Assembly: GCA_963677495.2 (NCBI GenBank)
Contig: CAXXOU010000004.1
Coordinates: 224,001-288,000, forward strand
Direction: 5' to 3'
DNA: 64,000 nucleotides
Origin: Candidatus Cloacimonadales bacterium
GTDB lineage: Bacteria; Cloacimonadota; Cloacimonadia; Cloacimonadales; JAFGVF01
This document shows positions 19,703 through 30,861 of this stretch, piece after piece (the first letter of the stretch is position 1; each line of letters opens with the position of its first letter). The translations under genes were made by a program, and so were the position numbers. The notes under the pieces are model-generated. The model was not told the DNA's origin, made no database searches, and saw only the letters and a list, made by a program, of their open reading frames with translations.

Positions 19703-19900
19703 GACCCGATAGGGTCACAAAATACTAGCCAATGGGTCCACGACCCATGGACATGAAACAATGAGACCGCAATCCGATTAGGATTGCACTAATCCCATTC
19801 CCCAAACAGAGGTATAATGCAATCCATGTAGGATTGAAATTACATTAACCCAGACCATGGATCGTGGACCCATTGGCTAGTATTATGCTTTCCTCCGGAA
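19703..19900. repeat. REPIN-like doublet (inverted REP pair)
   Basis: 30-bp arms 19721-19750 and 19855-19884 are reverse complements at 29/30. Confidence 0.85.
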
Positions 19901-20216
19901 AGAGATTGTAACAGTAGCTCGAGTCCATCTCAGTCCTACTGGTGACAGCTTCGAAAACACTGCTGTCTGCATTTTAGGAAGTCCGTTTCCGCTACGCAAG
20001 CTACGCATCAGACAAACTCCCTGAAATGCGATCAATTCCTCCGAATTGTACATTTGCAATAACCCCTTATCTCTTCCGTAAAGCCTGTGAATTACTTGAC
20101 ATGTTATTTAATCTCTTTAATTATTGTACTGCAACTCATAAGGAAAGAAAGTTAATAAACGATTTATTAGTCTATAGGATAATTGATAGAGATTCTTAAA
20201 ATGATTTGGAGTAGTT

Positions 20217-21614
20217 ATGAAAAAACTTTTGTTTGTACTAATTGTAGTAGTTTTACTACCTGTTGCTTTGTTTTCTCAGGATACTTGGGATAGAATTATA
20301 CATCCCTTTGATGATAATTACTTTAATTTCAGAATCTATGAGATCATAAAGTGTAATGACAATGGATATGCCATAAGAGGTTATTGTGATTATGCAGCAA
20401 GTGAGGAGGTGTTTGAAATTAGAACTTATATTACAAAGATAAACTCTACCGGTTATATTGAATGGACTCAACAGGATTCGCTTTCGGGATATAGTGAATA
20501 CAACTTATATGATCAAGTTGGTTTTACTCAAACTAACGATGGTGGTTTTATTGTAGCTGCCAAATATAGTTTATTTAAGTATGACCAAGATGGAAATCGA
20601 GAATGGGAAGATACAAATATCGAAAACAATCCGTTTGTTTACAGTTCGATAGAGTCAGATCAAGATGGCAACGTATATGTAACCGGATCAGTTAACGGAA
20701 TACCCGTGATAAAAGTTATTGATGAAGACAATAATATAATCTGGGAAGAGTCATATGCATGGGATGATATAACTATGGGGAATGCAATCAAACTAAAACC
20801 TTATATCTCTGATGGATTTCTTTGTATTTTTTCCGTTGATTATCAGACTGAAGGACTCTATGGACTTCGAATAGTATATTTTAATAGTGAAAGAGAAATT
20901 GTCTGGAGCTATGATACAATTGATAACCCTGAGTTTCATGGTTTTTGTCAATCAATAACATATTCTTTGTTTGATGACTATTTCTATATAAATAATGCCA
21001 ACTCTGTACTTATCCTAGATAGTCAGGGAGTATATATAAATTCTTTTAGTTATTTACCAAGATCAATGCATGAGCTGAAGGCATATACTGATGATACATT
21101 TATTTCAAGAGTATCAGGAGGTTATGAAGTTTATGATAGAACCACTTTCGAGATAACCTATTCTTCACAAAATGAAACAGGTTTAGATTTAGGAAATATA
21201 TACGGGTTTAAATCTTTTGAAATCCTAGAGGATGGATATATGATTACATGTGGTACAACATGGGAGGGAAACATTCATATTTTTAAAACGAACTCCCTAG
21301 GCGCAGTACCTATAGAAGAAGATACATCAACTCCGCAGTGCCAACTGAAGTTAAACAGTTATCCGAACCCATTCAATCCGCAGTCCACAATTGAATACTA
21401 TGTGCCAAAACGAGGATTGGTTGATGTTAGTGTATATAACGTAAAAGGCCAGAAAGTACGTATTTTAATGAACAAATTACATAATCAAGGAACATATTCT
21501 ATTGTCTGGGATGGGAAAGATAGTAACAATAAACCTGTTTCATCCGGTATATATTTCTATAATGTTAAAACAGAGGACCAGATACAGACTAAGAAGTGTA
21601 TTCTGATGAAATAA
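20217..21614 (+). CDS. Secreted beta-propeller-like protein with C-terminal FlgD/T9SS-type domain
   Basis: Signal peptide; SYPNPFNP...YNVKGQKV...WDGKD...SGIYF. Confidence 0.8.
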   Translation: MKKLLFVLIVVVLLPVALFSQDTWDRIIHPFDDNYFNFRIYEIIKCNDNGYAIRGYCDYAASEEVFEIRTYITKINSTGYIEWTQQDSLSGYSEYNLYDQVGFTQTNDGGFIVAAKYSLFKYDQDGNREWEDTNIENNPFVYSSIESDQDGNVYVTGSVNGIPVIKVIDEDNNIIWEESYAWDDITMGNAIKLKPYISDGFLCIFSVDYQTEGLYGLRIVYFNSEREIVWSYDTIDNPEFHGFCQSITYSLFDDYFYINNANSVLILDSQGVYINSFSYLPRSMHELKAYTDDTFISRVSGGYEVYDRTTFEITYSSQNETGLDLGNIYGFKSFEILEDGYMITCGTTWEGNIHIFKTNSLGAVPIEEDTSTPQCQLKLNSYPNPFNPQSTIEYYVPKRGLVDVSVYNVKGQKVRILMNKLHNQGTYSIVWDGKDSNNKPVSSGIYFYNVKTEDQIQTKKCILMK

Positions 21615-21629
21615 TCGATAAAGAAAAGG

Positions 21630-21667
21630 AAATAATAGACCAATGCTTAGGTATTGGTCTATTATTC
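21630..21667 (+). terminator. Intrinsic terminator
   Basis: aataatagaccaat / attggtctattatt. Confidence 0.7.
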
Positions 21668-21996
21668 TATAAGCGTTAGGATTACTGTTTTACTTTATGC
21701 TCATGAGCCTAGTGTACGTATTAAGTTAATAATGAGAAAATCACTTGACGTTAACAATGAATTAATTTCATTTAATCATAATTGAAAGATGAAGCATAGA
21801 TGTGTGTACGTAATAAATAGTGCGTAATTAGGTAAAAATTGTTTAACATGGTTGAAGTGTTAAGAAAAGTTCTAATAGTAATTGAGATAAGTACTTATTG
21901 AAAGTTCTTGACACATGAGTCGGTCAAAATAATTTGTGCTGAAATTGTCTTTAAATAAGTTAAGATAGATAAGTAAGATATAAATAAGGAGACATC

Positions 21997-22182
21997 ATGC
22001 CAGTACCTAAACGGAAGACATCTAAGACACGTAGAGATAAGAGACGTACTCATTATAAGATTTCTGCTCCTGCCTTCAGTGTGTGTCCAACCTGTGGCGA
22101 ACCATTCAAGCCACATAATGTATGCAAAGCATGCGGATCATACAAAGGAAAGCAGGTTATCGAAGTAAAGAGTGATAAATAG
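21997..22182 (+). CDS. rpmF: 50S ribosomal protein L32
   Basis: [10 protein letters not shown], CxxC...CxxCG. Confidence 0.97.
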   Translation: MPVPKRKTSKTRRDKRRTHYKISAPAFSVCPTCGEPFKPHNVCKACGSYKGKQVIEVKSDK

Positions 22183-22184
22183 GG

Positions 22185-23180
22185 ATGCAAATAGCTTTAG
22201 ACGCATTTGGCAGTGATCACGCACCTTATCCAGAAGTGGAAGGTGCGGTTCTTGCTATTAGGGAGAATATTTGTGACAAGATATTCCTCGTGGGCAAGGA
22301 AGACATTCTAGCCAAAGAGTTGGAAAAGTATTTTTACGATAAGTCCAGAATTGAGATAGTTCCGGCATCAGAACGAATAGAGATGAGTGATAAGGCTGTA
22401 AAGGCTGTTCGCAAGAAGAAAGACTCATCTTTAGTGCGAACTGTGGAACTTCACAAAGAGGGAATTGCGGATGCTGCTGTTAGTGCAGGGAATACCGGTG
22501 CAGTTATGAGTGCATCTTTATTCTCATATAAACGCATTAATAATATCATGCGTCCGGCACTTGCTGTTGTTTTCCCAACAGCAGAAAACCCGGTTATACT
22601 TCTGGATGTTGGTGCCAATGTTGATTGTTCACCGGAGCATCTTCAGCAGTTTGCAGTCTTAGGAACTTTATATAGTCAGTATTTCTTTCAAACTAAATCA
22701 CCGAGAGTATCTTTATTAAACATTGGTGAAGAGGCGGAGAAAGGAAATGATCTGGTTAAGCGGACATACGAGTTACTTTCCAACGAAGAGAGAATTAACT
22801 TTCATGGAAACATTGAAGGTAAGTATCTTCTTCAGGGAGGAACAGATGTTATCGTATGTGATGGATTTGTTGGAAATGTGATGTTGAAGACCTTTGAAGG
22901 TTCAGTTCTTTCTGTTCTTAAGATTATTAAAGAACAGATAGCTAAGGACTGGATAGCAAAGATCGGAGCATTGCTTTCTTTCCCTGCTTATGCATATCTA
23001 AAAAAACGATTAGACCACACTGAATACGGTGGTTCACTCCTTGTTGGAGTAAGAGGTATTACGATAATCGGACATGGCAGTTCAAATGCCCAGTCAATAA
23101 AGAATGCTGTAAAGTATGCGACTAGAATCGTAGATTCAGGTTTCGTAAAGCATTCAATCGATTATTTTGAAAGGCAGTAA
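22185..23180 (+). CDS. plsX: Phosphate acyltransferase
   Basis: IALDAFGSDHAP, SAGNTGA, DVGAN, CDGFVGN. Confidence 0.97.
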   Translation: MQIALDAFGSDHAPYPEVEGAVLAIRENICDKIFLVGKEDILAKELEKYFYDKSRIEIVPASERIEMSDKAVKAVRKKKDSSLVRTVELHKEGIADAAVSAGNTGAVMSASLFSYKRINNIMRPALAVVFPTAENPVILLDVGANVDCSPEHLQQFAVLGTLYSQYFFQTKSPRVSLLNIGEEAEKGNDLVKRTYELLSNEERINFHGNIEGKYLLQGGTDVIVCDGFVGNVMLKTFEGSVLSVLKIIKEQIAKDWIAKIGALLSFPAYAYLKKRLDHTEYGGSLLVGVRGITIIGHGSSNAQSIKNAVKYATRIVDSGFVKHSIDYFERQ

Positions 23181-23182
23181 TT

Positions 23183-24172
23183 ATGAAATATAAAGCAAAG
23201 TATACTGCATTTGGTCGTTATGTTCCAGAGAAGATTTTGAACAATCACGATCTTGAGAAGATTGTTGATACAAATGATGAATGGATCAGAACAAGAACCG
23301 GAATGTTTGAAAGGAGAATTGCAGCTCCTGAACAGGCAGCAAGTGACTTGGCTACTAAAGCAGCCGAAAACTGTATTGAAAACTCAAATATAAAATATAA
23401 AGATATCGATATGATTATCTGTGGAACAATTTCACCGGACCATGCTTTCCCATCTACTGCATGTTTTGTTCAGAAGAACTTAGGTCTTAAAGGAATCCCT
23501 GCTTTTGATATATCTGCAGGATGCCCCGGATTTATCTATGCTTCTGATATTGCAAGACAGTTTGTGGAGAATGGAACTAAGAAGAATGTTTTGGTTATTG
23601 GTGTTGAATTACTCTCAAAAATCCTTAACTGGAATGATAGAAATACCTGTGTTCTTTTTGGTGATGGTGCCGGAGCAGCAATTATTTCAAGAGCCCAGAG
23701 TAATGAGACTTCACAGATTATTGATTCAGAGATTCTTGCTGATGGAAACTATACCGAACTTCTAGTTCAGGAAGCCGGTGGTTCAAGAAACCCTGCAAGT
23801 GAAGAGACTGTTAGAGAAAATCAACATACAGTTTCAATGCAGGGAAATAGAGTGTTCAAATTGGCTGTGAAATCCATGTACTCAGTTAGCGAAACTGTTG
23901 TGAAGAGAAACAACATGGGTTTCAATGACCTTGACTGGCTAGTTCCTCATCAGGCAAATATGAGAATTATTGAAAGTCTTGGTAATAAGATGAAGATTAA
24001 TAAAGATAAGGTAATAGTTAATATTCAGAAATATGCTAATACCTCATCAGCAACTATTCCAATTGCTATAGCAGAAGCTATTGAAGAGGGTAAGATTAGG
24101 CGTGGAGATGTTATTAATACTGTATCTTTTGGTGCCGGATTAACCTGGGGTAGTGTACTCTTCAGATTTTAG
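23183..24172 (+). CDS. fabH: Beta-ketoacyl-ACP synthase III
   Basis: AGCPGF, LFGDGAGA, PHQAN, NTSSA. Confidence 0.97.
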   Translation: MKYKAKYTAFGRYVPEKILNNHDLEKIVDTNDEWIRTRTGMFERRIAAPEQAASDLATKAAENCIENSNIKYKDIDMIICGTISPDHAFPSTACFVQKNLGLKGIPAFDISAGCPGFIYASDIARQFVENGTKKNVLVIGVELLSKILNWNDRNTCVLFGDGAGAAIISRAQSNETSQIIDSEILADGNYTELLVQEAGGSRNPASEETVRENQHTVSMQGNRVFKLAVKSMYSVSETVVKRNNMGFNDLDWLVPHQANMRIIESLGNKMKINKDKVIVNIQKYANTSSATIPIAIAEAIEEGKIRRGDVINTVSFGAGLTWGSVLFRF

Positions 24173-24181
24173 GAGATAGTA

Positions 24182-25138
24182 ATGAAATTTACAAATAAAG
24201 AGATTGCTTTTGTTTTCCCGGGACAGGGAGCACAATATATAGGTATGACTTCTGATTTTCAGGAAGCAAACCCACATTTAAAAGAGATTTTAACTAAGTT
24301 TGATGAAGTTCACAATACTAAGCTAGCCGGAATAATGATGGATGGCCCTGAAAGTGAACTTAAAGAGACTAAATATACACAACCTGCAATTCTCTTCCAT
24401 AGCTATTGTGCTTGGAAAAGTTTTGTAGAGAAAGCTGATATAACACCAAGTTTTGTTGCCGGACATTCATTAGGAGAGTTTTCTGCTCTTGTTGCGAATG
24501 GAGTGCTTTCAGTAGAAGATGCAATGCACCTTGTTCATAGAAGAGGACAGTTCATGATTGATGCTAATGGTGATCAACCATATGCAATGTATGCAATTAT
24601 TGGAATGGACTCAGAAGGTGTTAAAGCTGCATGTGAAGAAGCTCAGAGCGAAGGTGTAGTAATTGCTGCAAACTTCAATACTCCGGTTCAGACTGTTATA
24701 TCAGGAAGTGAAGCCGGAGTTAAAAAAGCTGCTGAAATCTGCAAAGCTAATAAAGCTAAAAGAACTATTCCTTTAACTGTTGGTGGTCCTTTCCATTCTC
24801 CACTTATTGAAAAAGCCGGAGTATGGTTAAACGAAGAGATGCAGAGCATGAACTTCAAGAATACAGCTATTCCTGTTGTTTCTAATGTTGACGCAGAACC
24901 AGCTTCAGAAGGATCTAAGATTATCGATAATCTTACAAAACAGGTAACTTCATCAGTACTCTGGGTTGACTGTGTTAAAAGAATGGTTGCAGAGGGTGTG
25001 AAAGTCTTTATTGAGTTCGGACCAAACAAAGTTCTTAGCGGAATGATAAAAAAAATAGACAGGAATGCAATTGTTTATAACGTTGATAAACTTTCAGATA
25101 TAGAAACAGTTTTAGAAGGATTGAACAATGCTGAATAG
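24182..25138 (+). CDS. fabD: Malonyl-CoA:ACP transacylase
   Basis: FPGQGAQ, GHSLGE, PFHS. Confidence 0.97.
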   Translation: MKFTNKEIAFVFPGQGAQYIGMTSDFQEANPHLKEILTKFDEVHNTKLAGIMMDGPESELKETKYTQPAILFHSYCAWKSFVEKADITPSFVAGHSLGEFSALVANGVLSVEDAMHLVHRRGQFMIDANGDQPYAMYAIIGMDSEGVKAACEEAQSEGVVIAANFNTPVQTVISGSEAGVKKAAEICKANKAKRTIPLTVGGPFHSPLIEKAGVWLNEEMQSMNFKNTAIPVVSNVDAEPASEGSKIIDNLTKQVTSSVLWVDCVKRMVAEGVKVFIEFGPNKVLSGMIKKIDRNAIVYNVDKLSDIETVLEGLNNAE

Positions 25139-25874
25139 ATTAAATGATAAGGTTACAATTGTAACTGGTAGTGCACGTGGCATAGGTTTTGGTATTGCAG
25201 AGAGATTTGCAGAAGAAGGTGCACTGGTTGTTATACTTGATCTTATGCAAGATGCTGTAGATGAAGCTGTAGCTAAGCTTACAGCTAAAGGTTATAAAGC
25301 TGAAGGTTATGCAGCGAATGTTACAGATGGTGACAAAGTAGCAGAGATTTATAAAGAGTTAAGTAAAAAACATGGACATATTGATGTACTTATCAATAAT
25401 GCCGGTATTACTAAAGATAACCTTATCATGCGAATGAAAGAATCTGATTGGGATGCAGTAATTGCAGTTAACCTTAAAGGTACGTTTATTTGTACACAGA
25501 AGTTAAGCAGATACCTTCTTAAACAAAAAGCCGGAGTGATAGTAAATATTGCTTCTGTTATCGGAATCATGGGAAATGCAGGTCAAGCAAACTACGCTGC
25601 TTCTAAAGGTGGAGTAATAGCTTTGACTAAATCTACTGCTAAAGAGTTTGCTTCAAGAGGCATTAGAGTAAATGCAGTTGCACCAGGATTTATTGAAACT
25701 GAGATGACACAAAATCTCGGAGAAGACGTTATTGCTGAATATGCTAAAGCTATTCCATTAAATAAAATGGGTTCAGTGAAGAACGTTGCAGACTTATGTT
25801 TATTCCTAGCTTCAGATGAAGCAGAATATATTACCGGACAGGTCATCAATGTTGATGGCGGTCTAATTATCTAA
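25128..25874 (+). CDS. fabG: 3-oxoacyl-ACP reductase
   Basis: TGSARGIG, NNAGITKD, NYAASK. Confidence 0.97.
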   Translation: MLNRLNDKVTIVTGSARGIGFGIAERFAEEGALVVILDLMQDAVDEAVAKLTAKGYKAEGYAANVTDGDKVAEIYKELSKKHGHIDVLINNAGITKDNLIMRMKESDWDAVIAVNLKGTFICTQKLSRYLLKQKAGVIVNIASVIGIMGNAGQANYAASKGGVIALTKSTAKEFASRGIRVNAVAPGFIETEMTQNLGEDVIAEYAKAIPLNKMGSVKNVADLCLFLASDEAEYITGQVINVDGGLII

Positions 25875-25902
25875 GAGTATAAATAAAACTTAGGAGGATA
25901 TA

Positions 25903-26139
25903 ATGGATATCGCACAAGAAGTAAAAAAAATCATAATGGAAGAATTAAACGTAGATGAAAGTCAAATCACAGATGAAGCTAACTTCATCGATGATTTAGG
26001 TGCTGATTCATTAGATACAGTTGAGCTTGTAATGAAGTTCGAAGACAAATTTGATATTGAGATTCCTGAAGAAGATCAGGACAAACTTCGTACAGTTGGT
26101 CAAGCTATCAGTTATCTTACTTCAAAACTTAACGGTTAA
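25903..26139 (+). CDS. acpP: Acyl carrier protein
   Basis: [12 protein letters not shown]. Confidence 0.98.
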   Translation: MDIAQEVKKIIMEELNVDESQITDEANFIDDLGADSLDTVELVMKFEDKFDIEIPEEDQDKLRTVGQAISYLTSKLNG

Positions 26140-26218
26140 TCTTAGAAATTTAAGGTTGTTCGGGTGCCAGCATTTGGACAACCTTTTCTATTCTAATCAT
26201 TAATGAACAGAGGTTTTT

Positions 26219-27454
26219 ATGAAAAGAAGAGTTGTTATTACAGGTTTAGGAACCATAAACCCTGTAGGAAATAGTGTTGAAGAAACATGGACTAATCTCT
26301 TAGCCGGTAAGGTTGGAATTAGAGATATTGATAGATTCGACACAGAGAAGTTTGGTGTGAAGTTTGCTGCTCAAATTAATGGGTACAATGCTGCAGACCA
26401 TTTTGATGTTAAAGAAGCTAGAAAAATAGACTTATATGCCCAGTATGCTGTTGTAGCTGCTCGTCAGGCTATGGAAGATTCAGGACTTAAAGATTTCGAT
26501 TTCAATCCTGATAGATTTGGATGTATTACAGGTGCCGGTATCGGTGGTATTCATACTTTTGAAGAGGAAGTAGAGAAGAAAGTGAATAAAGGACCTAGAC
26601 GTATCAGTCCGTTTTTTATTCCTAAGATGATATCAAACATTGCATCAGCTCACATCTCAATTGAACATAACTTAAAGGGTATTAATTTTAACGTTGTTTC
26701 TGCGTGTGCAAGCTCAAACCATGCAATTGGTACTGCATTTAGATCTATCCAATACGGAGATGCTGATTTAGTACTTACAACAGGATGTGAGGCTTCTGTT
26801 TCACCTATGGCTGTTGGTGGTTTCACTTCAATGAAAGCACTTTCTACCAGAAACGATGATCCTGCTACCGCTAGCAGACCTTTTGATAAAGATAGAGACG
26901 GTTTCGTAATCTCTGAAGGTGCAGCAGTACTTGTTCTTGAAGAACTTGAACACGCCAAAGCTCGTGGAGCAAAGATTTATGCTGAGCTACTTGGTTATGG
27001 AGCTACTGCAGATGCTTACCATATTACCGCTCCAACAGAGACAGGTGAAGGTAGTACAAGAGCAATCAAAATGGCTCTTGCAGATGCAGGATTAAAACCT
27101 GAAGATATCGACTATGTTAATGCTCATGGAACATCAACTCCATTGAATGATGTTACTGAAACAAGATCTATTAAAACAGTTTTTGGTGAGCATGCTTATA
27201 ACTTAAAAATTAGCTCCACTAAGTCAATGGTTGGTCATATGTTGGGTGCAGCAGCAGCTATGGAAGCTATTGTTTGTATCAAATCAATTAATGATCAGAA
27301 AATACATAAGACAGCTAATTTAGTAAATCCCGATGCAGAATGTGATTTAGATTATGTTATGGGTGAGTCAATTGATCATAAGGTTACTTACGCACTAAGT
27401 AACTCTCTTGGTTTTGGTGGTCAGAACTCAGCAATTGTTATTGGAAAATACTGA
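26219..27454 (+). CDS. fabF: Beta-ketoacyl-ACP synthase II
   Basis: SACASS, NAHGTST, KSMVGH, NSLGFGG. Confidence 0.97.
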   Translation: MKRRVVITGLGTINPVGNSVEETWTNLLAGKVGIRDIDRFDTEKFGVKFAAQINGYNAADHFDVKEARKIDLYAQYAVVAARQAMEDSGLKDFDFNPDRFGCITGAGIGGIHTFEEEVEKKVNKGPRRISPFFIPKMISNIASAHISIEHNLKGINFNVVSACASSNHAIGTAFRSIQYGDADLVLTTGCEASVSPMAVGGFTSMKALSTRNDDPATASRPFDKDRDGFVISEGAAVLVLEELEHAKARGAKIYAELLGYGATADAYHITAPTETGEGSTRAIKMALADAGLKPEDIDYVNAHGTSTPLNDVTETRSIKTVFGEHAYNLKISSTKSMVGHMLGAAAAMEAIVCIKSINDQKIHKTANLVNPDAECDLDYVMGESIDHKVTYALSNSLGFGGQNSAIVIGKY

Positions 27455-27493
27455 TTTTATGGGGGCTAATGCCCCCTCATTTCAGAGGTAGTA

Positions 27494-28267
27494 TTGAATA
27501 CAATTATAAAACGTCTATCCGGTATATTCAATTCTCGTCGTGAAACGATAATAATTGAAGATAGCGAATGGGAAGAGAAACTTCAAGAGTTTCAAAAAAG
27601 AATAAACTATAAGTTCAATGATGTAAATCTCCTGAAAAGTGCTTTTACGCACAACTCATATTTCAGGAAGAAAGCACCTTACGCCTGCTCTATTTCACCA
27701 TTTGAACGAATGGAGTTCCTAGGAGATTCGATTCTAGGTCTGTTCGTGTCGCAAGAGTTATTCCTTACTTTCCCGGAGAGCCAGGAAGGTACTTTGTCAA
27801 AGATGAAATCAAAGATTGTATCAGAGAAGTATCTTACCGTAAAAGCTAAAGAGATTGAGCTCGGAAGCTATTTAATGCTGAGTGATGATGAGGATAGAAA
27901 TGGAGGTCGAAAACGTCCGTCAATCCTATCTGATGCCATGGAAGCATTAATATGTGCTGTATATCTTGATAGCGACCTTGAAGAGGCTGGAGCTTTAGTT
28001 AGAAATATAGTCCTTACTAACTTTAGGAAGCTTATAAATCAAGATGAATTAAAGAACTTTAAGAGCATTCTACAGGAATATAGTCAATCTAAATTCCAAA
28101 CACCTCCTACTTACGAAAAAGATGGAGAAATTGGTCCAGATCATAATAAAACATTTATCATGAGTGTGTTTATTAATGGTGAAAAAGTTGGAACAGGTTC
28201 AGGTTCGAGTAAAAAAGAAGCCCAACAAAACGCTGCGAAAGAAGCATGTAATCTACTAAACATATAA
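27494..28267 (+). CDS. rnc: Ribonuclease III
   Basis: ERMEFLGDSIL, DAMEALI, dsRBD ending KKEAQQNAA; TTG start uncertain. Confidence 0.95.
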   Translation: MNTIIKRLSGIFNSRRETIIIEDSEWEEKLQEFQKRINYKFNDVNLLKSAFTHNSYFRKKAPYACSISPFERMEFLGDSILGLFVSQELFLTFPESQEGTLSKMKSKIVSEKYLTVKAKEIELGSYLMLSDDEDRNGGRKRPSILSDAMEALICAVYLDSDLEEAGALVRNIVLTNFRKLINQDELKNFKSILQEYSQSKFQTPPTYEKDGEIGPDHNKTFIMSVFINGEKVGTGSGSSKKEAQQNAAKEACNLLNI

Positions 28268-29238
28268 TGAAAATCTATCCAATTTTCATACCTCAGCAAG
28301 GCTGTGCTTATCAGTGCATCTATTGTAATCAATTCGAAATAACCGGGACTCAAGAAATAGATAAAGAAAAACTAATCTCTGAATTAAACATGTTCAAACT
28401 AAAGAACAAAGGTTTAGTCAAAGAGATTGCATTCTTTGGGGGAACTTTTACTGCTCTAGATCCCAACGTAAGGATAGAGTATTTTAATCTGATCGAACCA
28501 TTTCTTGATTCTAAAACTACTGTTCGATACTCTACTAGACCCGATTGTATTGATACAAGAATTCTAGCGGAAAGTATATTGAATCATGTTACAACGATTG
28601 AGCTTGGCATTCAAAGTTTTGAAGATAATGTCTTGAGATTATCTGGTAGGAATTACACATCCAAAGTAGCTATAAATGCAGCAAAAGCAATTAAGGAAAA
28701 TGGAATCAAACTAGGTGTTCAACTTATGCCTGGTCTTCCAGGTTATTCTCAAGAGTCATTAGCTAGAACTATTAGTATTACAAAAAAGATTAAGCCTGAT
28801 TTTGTTAGAATTTATCCCCTGTTAGTATTACATGATACACCTTTGGAACAGCTTTACAAAAAAGGTGTCTATAATCCTTTAAAGTTGCAAGATGCTGTTT
28901 TTGATGCAGTTGAGATGATAGATCAGTTTGAAGAATATGGAATCAAAATCGCAAAAGTAGGTTTGCATTCTGATATCACAGAAAGAGATGCAGTAGTCGC
29001 CGGGCCTTTCCACCCAAGTTTCGGAGAACTGGTAAAAGGTGAGTTACTAATTCGCAAAATGTTAAAAGAGATTAATCAGGATTGTGTACTGGAAATATCA
29101 GATAAAAATATTTCTTTACTTTACGGTCACAATCAATATATATTGAAACAGCTCTTAAAAAGATGTAGTTTCACAATTCATGAAATAGTGAAAAGTATGA
29201 AACTTAAGAAAGGGGAATTCAGAATATTATCGAGATGA
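28267..29238 (+). CDS. Radical SAM protein (Elp3/YhcC-like)
   Basis: CAYQCIYC, FFGGTF, STRPD, GPFHPSFGE. Confidence 0.88.
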   Translation: MKIYPIFIPQQGCAYQCIYCNQFEITGTQEIDKEKLISELNMFKLKNKGLVKEIAFFGGTFTALDPNVRIEYFNLIEPFLDSKTTVRYSTRPDCIDTRILAESILNHVTTIELGIQSFEDNVLRLSGRNYTSKVAINAAKAIKENGIKLGVQLMPGLPGYSQESLARTISITKKIKPDFVRIYPLLVLHDTPLEQLYKKGVYNPLKLQDAVFDAVEMIDQFEEYGIKIAKVGLHSDITERDAVVAGPFHPSFGELVKGELLIRKMLKEINQDCVLEISDKNISLLYGHNQYILKQLLKRCSFTIHEIVKSMKLKKGEFRILSR

Positions 29239-29247
29239 GGTAGTAAA

Positions 29248-30861
29248 ATGAAACGATATATTTTTCTTGTATTAATTGTGACTTTGTTATTGGGGTGCGA
29301 AATCAAGAGTCCTAATGGGACCAAGTGGGAAATAGATTTGAATCTTCCACTCATGGATGAAGTTTACCCAATAATTGACTTGGTTGATGATGAATATGTA
29401 TTCATGGATGAGGCGGATAGTACTCTATATGTTGAAACAAAAGGAGAGATTAATTCCAGAGAGATTGATGAGCTTAAAGTTGAACTTAATTCTGAGTTTA
29501 CTCTTAATAGCTTGAATAGCGATACTCCATCTTACCCCGGTAGTATTCCGTTCTTGTCAATTTTGCCTGATTATACTATCGAAGTCGTAGCCGGTAAAAT
29601 ACTATCCGGTGATTTAGTCGTAGTCATGAATGATATTGTAACTGAAGTTCATGATGGTACGGTTACTATTGTGTTTAATGAAGTCTATGATGAGAATGGA
29701 GAGAATTTCTCTCCAAGTATTGATATCAATCAGTTTGGTTCTCAAGAGCATAGATTTGAGCTAAATAATCATGTTATAAAATCTTCCGACGATATTATGT
29801 CCGGTAATACTGTAAATGAGCTAACTTTTACAATTAATATCCAAGATAATATGGGCTCTGCTGAAAGCATAAACTATGGTTCAATTGATATACGTCTTTC
29901 AGATATGGTCTATTTTGAATCTTTCTTGGGAAACATAACAGGATACTATTTAGATATTGAAGAAGATTTAGCAAATGTTGATATAGAATATCCACAGAAT
30001 ATTGATGATGTTGTTGTGATAGAAGATGCTAGAGTTGAATTAGATTTAATCTCAGACATTGGTTTCGAAACTACTTTTGATGGTTATATAACTTCATACA
30101 ATGATGACGGAGATAGTATTCGAATTGAGATTCTTGATGATAATGATAATAATTTCAGTATACCATCTGCTGAAGTATTGATTGATTCTGGTTATCCGAC
30201 AACCAGTCCTGTCACAAACCAATTTGTTAGCGATAAACAAATTGATCAGTTGTTTTCAATAATGCCAACAAGCCTTGTTATCCATAGCTCAAGAGTTTAT
30301 GTTCAGAATCCTGTAAATAGTTATGGTTTTATTGCATTGAATCATTCAGTATACGGTGACTACACTGGTATTATTCCATTCAATTTCTCTTTAAACGATT
30401 CATCAGTACCTTTGATAACAGATGATAGCAGTACAGCTCTAATTTCAAAGGAAAACCAGGATATTATTGAAGAGCATTGTCAGCGAGCTGAAATAGAGTT
30501 AGCTATAGAGAACAAATTGCCTATAGGTGGTCGAATTCAGATTTTTATTCATAATGAGCCATTAGGTGGTACAGTAGATTCATTGAATCTAGCAATGCTA
30601 CAACTAAAGGGTGAGTCTAGTGAGGATGAAGAAGAACCGGTAGGATATTATGTAAGCTCATTAAGTGAAAACACAGCATTCAATATACCAATTGAAAACT
30701 TTGAAGTATTCCTTAATGATGAAGTATATATCAAATTCCTGATGTATGCAGACGTTACTGATGAGCCTATATTAATCTCTGGTACTGTTAATGATTATAT
30801 AAGGATTTCGGGGGCATTGAAACTTACAGTGTTAATGCAACAACTTGGGGAGGCAGAGTAA
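29248..30861 (+). CDS. Acidic lipoprotein of unknown function
   Basis: LLLGC lipobox; long open frame. Confidence 0.7.
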   Translation: MKRYIFLVLIVTLLLGCEIKSPNGTKWEIDLNLPLMDEVYPIIDLVDDEYVFMDEADSTLYVETKGEINSREIDELKVELNSEFTLNSLNSDTPSYPGSIPFLSILPDYTIEVVAGKILSGDLVVVMNDIVTEVHDGTVTIVFNEVYDENGENFSPSIDINQFGSQEHRFELNNHVIKSSDDIMSGNTVNELTFTINIQDNMGSAESINYGSIDIRLSDMVYFESFLGNITGYYLDIEEDLANVDIEYPQNIDDVVVIEDARVELDLISDIGFETTFDGYITSYNDDGDSIRIEILDDNDNNFSIPSAEVLIDSGYPTTSPVTNQFVSDKQIDQLFSIMPTSLVIHSSRVYVQNPVNSYGFIALNHSVYGDYTGIIPFNFSLNDSSVPLITDDSSTALISKENQDIIEEHCQRAEIELAIENKLPIGGRIQIFIHNEPLGGTVDSLNLAMLQLKGESSEDEEEPVGYYVSSLSENTAFNIPIENFEVFLNDEVYIKFLMYADVTDEPILISGTVNDYIRISGALKLTVLMQQLGEAE

